A stretch of 64,000 nucleotides of DNA, taken from a virus. The DNA lies in the IMG/VR virus record IMGVR_UViG_3300028837_000875, positions 24,572 to 88,571 of that record, one strand, 5' to 3'. Each line of letters starts with the position of its first letter. The first letter of the stretch is position 1. Under the pieces are notes generated by a model, which saw only the letters and a program-made list of their open reading frames with translations, was not told the DNA's origin and made no database searches. This document shows, one piece after another, positions 29,499 through 36,482 of the stretch. A program made the position numbers and the translations under genes.

Positions 29499-29897
29499 AT
29501 GTCTCATTATTCAGAAGTAGATACGGCGTTCAGAGATAGAGACTGTCTCGTTGAATCTCTGCAAGAGATGGGTTATCAAGTAGAGATTCACGAAGGTGAA
29601 GGCTCTAATCTTTTTGGTTATCAAGGAGACAAGCGAGAGCAGAAAGCAAACGTAATTGTTAGGCGTCAATTTGTTGGACGCTCTTCAAATGATTTGGGCT
29701 GGAAGTGGAACGCGAATAGCGGATGCTTCACTCAGATTATTTCTGAGTTCGACCAATACACAAGCAAGCTTGACGAAGGCAAGCTAAAACAAATGTATGC
29801 TGAGAAGAAAGTGACTAAGAAAGCACGTAAGCTTGGTTACAGAATCAAGCGCAATGTTGAGGACGGAGCTGTTCAGCTTACGTTGGTGAAATACTAA
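29499..29897 (+). CDS. Second DUF1257 (Ycf35-like) protein
   Basis: MSHYSEVDTAFRDRDCLVESL...LFGYQG...SNDLGW...LKQMYA. Confidence 0.75.
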   Translation: MSHYSEVDTAFRDRDCLVESLQEMGYQVEIHEGEGSNLFGYQGDKREQKANVIVRRQFVGRSSNDLGWKWNANSGCFTQIISEFDQYTSKLDEGKLKQMYAEKKVTKKARKLGYRIKRNVEDGAVQLTLVKY

Positions 29898-30115
29898 TGA
29901 ACAAAAGAGCAGAAAAAGAAAGACGACGAGAGCGAAAACAAGAACGCAAGTTCAAGCAAGAAGGAAGGAGACGTGAGCGTAGAAAAGAAGAAAGAAAAAT
30001 TGAAGAGGAATTTGTTAGCAAGCTGACCCCACAAGAGAAGGCAAGATACAAAGCACGTAAATTTGCCAAAGCTCTTGGCTGGAATGAAGAAGCTCTTGAT
30101 TCTTTGGACGTTTAG
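29897..30115 (+). CDS. Highly charged hypothetical protein
   Basis: TAATG coupling. Confidence 0.45.
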   Translation: MNKRAEKERRRERKQERKFKQEGRRRERRKEERKIEEEFVSKLTPQEKARYKARKFAKALGWNEEALDSLDV

Positions 30116-30236
30116 AATGTATCTAACAAAAGAATTTTCTCAAAGAGAAAAGACATTGAAGAGAGCGAAGCCAAAGAATAGAATGAGCAGCGACACATCA
30201 CGAGAGAGATGGTTGTTCATAGAAAGGAGTCGGCTA

Positions 30237-30857
30237 TTGTCAAATCGTTATTCGTATACCTTTGAGGAGGGAATGGAGAGATTAAAATCTTACGTTAGTT
30301 TTCATGCCTTCAGGTTTGGTACAATTTCAAGATTGAATGACAAGGAGGATTTTGAGTCAATCGCACATTCGGTCATCTGGAAATGCATCACAAAATACAA
30401 ACCTCAATGTCCGCTGTGTAGAAAGAAGTTCATTTCGTTTAGTGCGTATAAGAAGCACTCGCACAATCGTAGAAGAATACTCAAGCCAGTCTACAGTCTT
30501 GATTCATATATCAAGCTCAGAGTTCTTTCTGCATTTCAGTTGACAATTAAAAAGGAAATAGCTCAGAAAAGACTTCCTGAAGGTGGTGTTGGATTGCTTG
30601 AATCCGAACCGGCAAAATTGTATCAGGAGTTTGATGGCATTGAGTTGAGTGATGCGATTGATGTCATGTTGCGGGAATTTACATCAGTTGAAAGAGCTAT
30701 TGTCAGAATGCTCTGTGAGAGGTATCAAGTATCAGATATTATTACCATGCTTGAACCGCATGGAATCAATATGAGTTTTGTCAGACAGACGATTGTAAAG
30801 TTCAGGCAATACTTAACTAGTCAAAACTTTTCAAAAAATATGAGGCATACTGCTTGA
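30237..30857 (+). CDS. Sigma-factor-like protein with zinc-finger-like insert
   Basis: AAGGAG SD and TTG; DKEDFESIAHSVIWKCITKY and SLDSYIKLRV (region 2-like); FTSVERAIVRML..YQVSDI (region 4-like). Confidence 0.55.
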   Translation: MSNRYSYTFEEGMERLKSYVSFHAFRFGTISRLNDKEDFESIAHSVIWKCITKYKPQCPLCRKKFISFSAYKKHSHNRRRILKPVYSLDSYIKLRVLSAFQLTIKKEIAQKRLPEGGVGLLESEPAKLYQEFDGIELSDAIDVMLREFTSVERAIVRMLCERYQVSDIITMLEPHGINMSFVRQTIVKFRQYLTSQNFSKNMRHTA

Positions 30858-30937
30858 GTTTGGATAGAAAGCTAATGAGAGTCGAAGTAATGTGCTTCAA
30901 CAATTTGGAAATGCTCGGAAGAGCAAGGAGGTAAGGA

Positions 30938-31765
30938 ATGAAGTTAGAGGCGATGAAGTCGTTCGCAAAGGACAACGGAATCAAGGTCAGCAAGAAGGAG
31001 ACGGAGAAATCGCTGGAACTGAAGATACGCGAGAAGTGGGAAGAGGACGGCATTGAAAACGAATGCCTCTGCCCGTCTTGCAGTGCAGAAATTCCTGACT
31101 TGAATAGCTGTCCGTTCTGCGGTTCGGTATTTGAGGAAGAGGAGAAAGAGGAGCCTCAGCCTGAGAAGGAAGAGAAGAAAGAAAGCAAAAAGAAAGCAAA
31201 GTCAAAAGGTAAAGGGAAGAAAGACAAGCCCGCAAAGAAAGAGAAGCCGGCCAAGAAAGAGAAGGCGAAGAAAGAAAAGAAGGGACCCAAGGCAGGTGGC
31301 TTGAACTTCAAAGACTGCGTCGAGCACATTTCTTCTTACGTCGAGAAAGAGGGCTACGAAGTCAGGGTAAGAGGCAACTTTACTTCTTACTTCATCGACG
31401 GCCTCCGCGTTTTCCACATCTCAAAAGCTACCAGAGCTTACTCGATGGAAATCGGTGCTCCTGGTTTCTCAATGAAGATGAAGCACGGAGAAGTCAAGAC
31501 TTTCTCTGACGAAGAAAGAGCACGCAAGCACATGGCTGGCATGTTCGGCACTCTCAAGACAACCAATCTTGACGAAGCTCTTGCAGCGGTCAAGGAAATG
31601 ACCAAGTGTGCGAGAGCATATCTGGCGAAGAACAAGAAAGAGAAGCCGACAAAGAAAGAGAAGGCAGCGAAGAAAGTCAAGAAGCCTGCGAAGAAAGCGG
31701 CCAAGAAGCCCGCAAAGAAAGTGCTCAAGAAGAAAGTCAAGAGCAGCAAGAAGAAAAAGAAGTAA
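30938..31765 (+). CDS. Histone H1-like Lys/Ala/Pro-rich DNA-binding protein with zinc ribbon
   Basis: KKPAKK repeats; CPSC...CPFCG; AAGGAGGT SD; own terminator. Confidence 0.6.
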   Translation: MKLEAMKSFAKDNGIKVSKKETEKSLELKIREKWEEDGIENECLCPSCSAEIPDLNSCPFCGSVFEEEEKEEPQPEKEEKKESKKKAKSKGKGKKDKPAKKEKPAKKEKAKKEKKGPKAGGLNFKDCVEHISSYVEKEGYEVRVRGNFTSYFIDGLRVFHISKATRAYSMEIGAPGFSMKMKHGEVKTFSDEERARKHMAGMFGTLKTTNLDEALAAVKEMTKCARAYLAKNKKEKPTKKEKAAKKVKKPAKKAAKKPAKKVLKKKVKSSKKKKK

Positions 31766-31788
31766 CAACCATCTCTCTATTCTCTCGG

Positions 31789-31815
31789 GGAAGCTCTGCG
31801 GAGCTTCCTTTTTTT
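31789..31815 (+). terminator. Rho-independent terminator
   Basis: GGAAGCTC-TGCG-GAGCTTCC followed by T7. Confidence 0.85.
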
Positions 31816-31821
31816 ATGTTT

Positions 31822-31843
31822 AGTCAATGCTACTCGGATAGAT
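31822..31843 (+). promoter_or_regulatory. Putative phage promoter motif AGTCAAnnnTACTCGGATAGAT (copy 2)
   Basis: Matches 16517-16538. Confidence 0.55.
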
Positions 31844-31879
31844 AGATATAAAGAGAATTCAATTAAGCAGTAGGAGCAG

Positions 31880-33187
31880 TTGATGAAGGACAATCTGGTT
31901 ATCGGTGGAGGCATATCAGGCCTCATTTTTTGCTATTACAATCCTGAGTTTTATTTGATTACAGATTCTCTTGGAGGCTTGCTCAAACAAGAGGGTAAAT
32001 TTGGAGTAATGACTTTATGGGATACTCCAGAAACTCGAAAGCTCTTAAAAGATTTAGATATTGAAGTCAAGCCGTACAAGGCAGAGATTAGATATTTCTT
32101 CAATGGTAAAATTTATGAAGTGGCTCCTGACGTTTTGCGTCGTGAATACATTCAAAAAAAGATGGGGCAGCTTGCACACAAAATTGACTTTGCAGATTTG
32201 GCTTTGTCTACTGACGAGACGAATTATATTCCTGCTCTCAAAGTTGACTTTGATGTGCTCATGGAAAAGTTGCTGCACGAAGTTGAGAGCCGAAAGAATT
32301 ATATGATAGCTACAATTTCAGAAATTCGAGATGATTCAATTACTCTTTATGATATGAAGAGTCCTTCAAGAATAATGAAATATAAAACGCTTGTCTCTAC
32401 TATCCCAGCATTTCTATTTTGGTTGATGTGGAAAGGACGAGAGTGCAGAGAAGTTTGTGTTCCAGGAGAATTTGCTTTCAGTCCAACTACTACAGTTTCT
32501 ATGAAAGCTCCTCATAAAAATTTGATTTCACTCTTTGATGAAATGAACGGAATGATTCCAGCGTATATCTATTATCTTGATAACTCAAGATTTCATAGAT
32601 TCTCGCACAGCTCTCAAGGCTGTTACGCTTTTCAGTTTGCAGGAGAGATTTCAAAGGAAGAGATTGCAATATATCTTGAAGTAGATGAATCTGATTTAGA
32701 ATATCGAGTCGAGAAGATAGGGCAGTTCGTTACGCACAAGGGTAACATTCCTCCACGCAATATTATGTTTCTTGGAAGGCATGCGCAATGGGATTATAAA
32801 GTTAAGGTCCAGGACATTGTGCGTGTCTCTCGATTCTCTAAGTTCATGCTTGCTGATATGAGGAGCAGGCAATCAAGATTCAATAAGAACTTTATGGACT
32901 TCAATTCGCTGAGCTTTGAAGATAGACAGCGATTGACTGAGAAGTGGATTCTGTATGTGCAGGCAGAGTTGACCGAACTCTTGGACGAAACAAACTGGAA
33001 GTTGCATCGGCCTGGAAAGGAGATTGAAAAGAGCAAGATATTAAATGAGTGGATTGATTCTTTGAAGTTTTTATTAGGTATTGCAGATATTTGGGGCTTT
33101 GACAATGCGGAGATATTCAAGGCGTTCCACGATAAGAGCGACTTTGTTGAGAAACGTTTTCAGGAGGAAGAGAAGAATGGGAAATGA
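31880..33187 (+). CDS. FAD-dependent oxidoreductase fused to all-alpha dimeric dUTPase/NTP-pyrophosphatase
   Basis: VIGGGISG Rossmann motif and LGRHAQW; C-terminal AELTELLDETNWK...NEWIDSLKF...AFHDKS. Confidence 0.75.
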   Translation: MMKDNLVIGGGISGLIFCYYNPEFYLITDSLGGLLKQEGKFGVMTLWDTPETRKLLKDLDIEVKPYKAEIRYFFNGKIYEVAPDVLRREYIQKKMGQLAHKIDFADLALSTDETNYIPALKVDFDVLMEKLLHEVESRKNYMIATISEIRDDSITLYDMKSPSRIMKYKTLVSTIPAFLFWLMWKGRECREVCVPGEFAFSPTTTVSMKAPHKNLISLFDEMNGMIPAYIYYLDNSRFHRFSHSSQGCYAFQFAGEISKEEIAIYLEVDESDLEYRVEKIGQFVTHKGNIPPRNIMFLGRHAQWDYKVKVQDIVRVSRFSKFMLADMRSRQSRFNKNFMDFNSLSFEDRQRLTEKWILYVQAELTELLDETNWKLHRPGKEIEKSKILNEWIDSLKFLLGIADIWGFDNAEIFKAFHDKSDFVEKRFQEEEKNGK

Positions 33188-34112
33188 GTTTGAGTCAATC
33201 ACAGAGTTCCATGGCAAGAAAATGTTGAATGCATTTCATAAAGGAGAGAAGCCGAAAACAGATTTCAAAGATTCTTCGGATTCTGTTAGAGTTGCTTTGC
33301 TTAATTATTCTCCAAGTGTATACGAGGACATGTTCTGGTTCATCATGGGCTCGTATGGAAACGAAGCCAACAAGAGAAAGCAGTTCACTCCTTCAGAGGA
33401 AGATATTGAAAAGGTTATTGAAGCTTGCTTGAATCGTGAAGCAATGCCGTTAGCTCTTGAAATTCCGAAGTTTACTTTCGTAATATGGGGCATTGATAGA
33501 ATCATCACTCACCAGATAGTCAGAAACAGAATTGGTGTTGTGTATTCTCAACACTGTACGGGAGACAATGACATACGTCATGTAGATTTTCTCCTGCCAC
33601 ATCGAATGATAGGAGCAAACACAGAGGACGAAGTAGATTTCAGGATGCGAGTGAAGGAATGGCATAGAGTTGGCAAGGCACTCTACGCAGAAGGCATTGA
33701 CGTCCATGGATATTCCATGCAGGACATGAGGCACATGATGCCGCAGGACGTGGATACGTACGTAATGATGAGTTGTAATTACATGATGCTTCAGAACTTT
33801 GTCGGCCGGCGTCTCTGCTCAAATGAGACGATGCAGATTCAGCGAGTAGCAGAATTGATTAAAGAGGAAGTGACAAAGGTCTATCCGTTTCTTGGTCGTC
33901 ATCTAATGAGCAATTGCGATAGAGCAAAGAGATGTCACTTCAAGAAGAATGGAACAATCTTTGGAGGTTCTGTTTATTATCCTTGCGGCAAGTATCCATG
34001 GAGCAGCAAAGAAGCTCCTGACCCGGAGGCATTCATTCACCCTATGACTTCAGAAGAAATCAGACAGGTAGAGAATCCGGCTTACAGACATTTAGAATCT
34101 GAGCAGGATTAG
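33177..34112 (+). CDS. thyX: ThyX-like flavin-dependent enzyme with non-canonical motifs
   Basis: FTFVIWGIDRIITHQIVRNRIG..YSQHC; QDMRHMMP; FVGRRLC. Confidence 0.75.
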   Translation: MGNEFESITEFHGKKMLNAFHKGEKPKTDFKDSSDSVRVALLNYSPSVYEDMFWFIMGSYGNEANKRKQFTPSEEDIEKVIEACLNREAMPLALEIPKFTFVIWGIDRIITHQIVRNRIGVVYSQHCTGDNDIRHVDFLLPHRMIGANTEDEVDFRMRVKEWHRVGKALYAEGIDVHGYSMQDMRHMMPQDVDTYVMMSCNYMMLQNFVGRRLCSNETMQIQRVAELIKEEVTKVYPFLGRHLMSNCDRAKRCHFKKNGTIFGGSVYYPCGKYPWSSKEAPDPEAFIHPMTSEEIRQVENPAYRHLESEQD

Positions 34113-34144
34113 CTCTATCAGAATCAGAGCCTCAAATAGGGCAA

Positions 34145-34195
34145 GAAGCGTCCTAGGACCCTGTCTGAGGCCATTGAATAGATTATCTTAGGTAT
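34145..34195 (+). repeat. Dispersed GTCCTAGGAC element (copy 2)
   Basis: GAAGCGTCCTAGGACCCTGTCTGAGGC in an intergenic gap. Confidence 0.7.
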
Positions 34196-34264
34196 GATAT
34201 AGCTGAGGCATATAGTTCTGAAGGACAGCGTATTATCAAAAGGCTCTGATAGAGGATTCAATCC

Positions 34265-34804
34265 ATGATAATTTCAGTAGAAGGACCTGACGGATGTGGA
34301 AAGACAAGCTTTGCAAAAGAGCTTGAAAAGAAAACAGGCTTGCCAATAATCGAGTACAACTTTCAGATTGTTGGAGGCAATAGAAAAGAAGAACTTGCAT
34401 ATATTCAAATGCTTTCGTTTGTTGCCATCTCTTTTCATTTTAATTTCATCCGTGATAGGCATCTAATGTCTAATATGGTTTATGCATCTATATTTTCTGA
34501 TGATTGTTATTGGCGTAAATATCTTGAGCTAATAGAAAGGACTCAAATACTCATTGCATATATTCACGTTCCAGCAGAAGAATTGATTAAGAGAATCAAG
34601 CAGCGTGAAGCAAGTGATGGAATTAAAGAGCCTGAAGATATACTTCTAAACTTGTTGGTGGCACATGAAAGTTTTGAAACTGCTTATTTTGAAATCAAGA
34701 AAAGATTTCCAGAGAAGATAATCAAACTTGATGGCTTGCTGACAATTGAGGATATGGTCAGTGATTATTTCAAGAAAAGACTCCAGCAAGAAAGGCAAAC
34801 ATGA
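34265..34804 (+). CDS. Thymidylate/dNMP kinase
   Basis: IISVEGPDGCGKTS P-loop; IRDR..SNMVY. Confidence 0.8.
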   Translation: MIISVEGPDGCGKTSFAKELEKKTGLPIIEYNFQIVGGNRKEELAYIQMLSFVAISFHFNFIRDRHLMSNMVYASIFSDDCYWRKYLELIERTQILIAYIHVPAEELIKRIKQREASDGIKEPEDILLNLLVAHESFETAYFEIKKRFPEKIIKLDGLLTIEDMVSDYFKKRLQQERQT

Positions 34805-35856
34805 AACCTTATACTGAAAAGAAATTCGAGAAAATCTTTCCTTGGTTTGAAGCAATCAATCTTGATTTGCTGAAGGCACCAGTTGCAGTAAGACTTTTGG
34901 TGACAGATAAGTGCGCTTGCAAATGTCACATGTGTACGCACTGGAAGATGAAAAAGTTTTACTCGCTCGATTATAAAACGTTCAGTTCAATTGTGCTTGC
35001 TTGTCAGAACAATGGAACTCAATCTATGTTTCTTTCAGGAGGAGATGTCTTTTCTTGGGAGTGCTGGGAAAGATTTTTGAAAGATGAAGAAATTACAATT
35101 GCTGCTCTGACTGTTACGCCATTGATAATTCCAAAAAGCTTTGACAAAGATTTGCTCAAGAGACTCAAATGGCTACGAGTTTCTTTTGATGCAATCAAGA
35201 GTGAAACGTTCAAAAAAATCAGAGGCGTAAACGCGTTGTCATCTGTAAAGCATGACTTGTCTTATATCCTCGCTAACAAATTGGTAGAGGATATCGGCAT
35301 GACAACTGTTTTGCAGAAGGATAATTTTTCAGAGATTATAGAGATGGGTGAATACTTCGTTAACTTGGGCATCAAGAGATGGATAGTTCAGCCAGTCAAT
35401 TATAATCCAAGGCTCAGCTTAACTCCTGAAGCAATACAAATGCTTGGCTATCAGTTGAGCAAGAAGTTTGGTGAAGCCATACCAACAAACAATTTCGATG
35501 TCCTTCAAAGCGATTTCAGTCTTTGGAATTCTACTCACAATCTGCCTTGCATAATTCCGCGCATGGAAGCATTCATTGATACAAGACTCAGGGTATGGCC
35601 TTGCTGCAATCTTGCTCAAGATGCGCACGGAGATGAAGAAAGAGCAGAGAGATTGAAAATGGGTACGTTTATACAAGGCGCAAGTGCCGGTGAATATTTC
35701 CTTGAGCTTTGGCGTGAACGTAGAAATCTGCTCGATAAATTTACTGACTTCAAAGACATTCATCCTTTATGCAAGCAGACATGTAAGTTCAAATACTTCT
35801 ACTATAATCTTGGCTTTGATTGGTGCAGAAAAAACAGAGAAGCTATTTATATTTGA
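34801..35856 (+). CDS. Radical SAM protein with SPASM/twitch domain
   Basis: CACKCHMC (CxxxCxxC), LSGGD, VSFDA, LPC...VWPCC...CKQTC. Confidence 0.85.
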   Translation: MKPYTEKKFEKIFPWFEAINLDLLKAPVAVRLLVTDKCACKCHMCTHWKMKKFYSLDYKTFSSIVLACQNNGTQSMFLSGGDVFSWECWERFLKDEEITIAALTVTPLIIPKSFDKDLLKRLKWLRVSFDAIKSETFKKIRGVNALSSVKHDLSYILANKLVEDIGMTTVLQKDNFSEIIEMGEYFVNLGIKRWIVQPVNYNPRLSLTPEAIQMLGYQLSKKFGEAIPTNNFDVLQSDFSLWNSTHNLPCIIPRMEAFIDTRLRVWPCCNLAQDAHGDEERAERLKMGTFIQGASAGEYFLELWRERRNLLDKFTDFKDIHPLCKQTCKFKYFYYNLGFDWCRKNREAIYI

Positions 35857-35867
35857 TAGGATGTAAT

Positions 35868-36482
35868 GTGCCTCAAATTTCAGAAAGAATGCTGATTAGG
35901 AAACACCGATTTCATTTGGAGCGTTCTATTCAAGAATGTTCAGAGTGCAGCATACATAGAAACGAAGAGAATATACAATCCAAATCTATGGGTAATGGCA
36001 ATTGCTATGACCCTGATATTTTTTTCATAGGCTTAGCTCCTTCTCAGAATAGACGGCCGCTCAAGCAAGATAAGCATGGCAACAAAATTCCTCTAAGAAC
36101 ATTTGAGTATTTAGTAGGTGGAAGATTTAGAAGATTGCTCAAGAGCTTAGGACTATATGAGAGAAGCTATCTAACAAATCTACTCAAGTGCAGCACTCCT
36201 GATAATAGAAAACCAAAACACACAGAAATAAAAAATTGCTCAGTATGGTTTCACAAGGAATTCAATATGCTATCTCCCAGAGCCATTGTCCCTTTGGGCA
36301 ATGTTGCAAGACGTGCTCTCGAAAGAACGATGCAAATGACAGATGACAACAGAGGATTTTTATTTGGCGTAGAGGTAATCGTCATCAATTGCTTTCATCC
36401 GAATTATTGTTATAGCTATGGTGGAATAACTGAGGAACGTTATGCCGAGCTATTATTAAAAGTAGAGAAAGAGTTAGAGTGA
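35868..36482 (+). CDS. Uracil-DNA glycosylase family 4-like (Fe-S) protein with divergent motif A
   Basis: CSEC, FFIGLAPS, YLTNLLKC...NRKP...EIKNC, FHPNY; overlaps the dnaE start. Confidence 0.75.
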   Translation: MPQISERMLIRKHRFHLERSIQECSECSIHRNEENIQSKSMGNGNCYDPDIFFIGLAPSQNRRPLKQDKHGNKIPLRTFEYLVGGRFRRLLKSLGLYERSYLTNLLKCSTPDNRKPKHTEIKNCSVWFHKEFNMLSPRAIVPLGNVARRALERTMQMTDDNRGFLFGVEVIVINCFHPNYCYSYGGITEERYAELLLKVEKELE

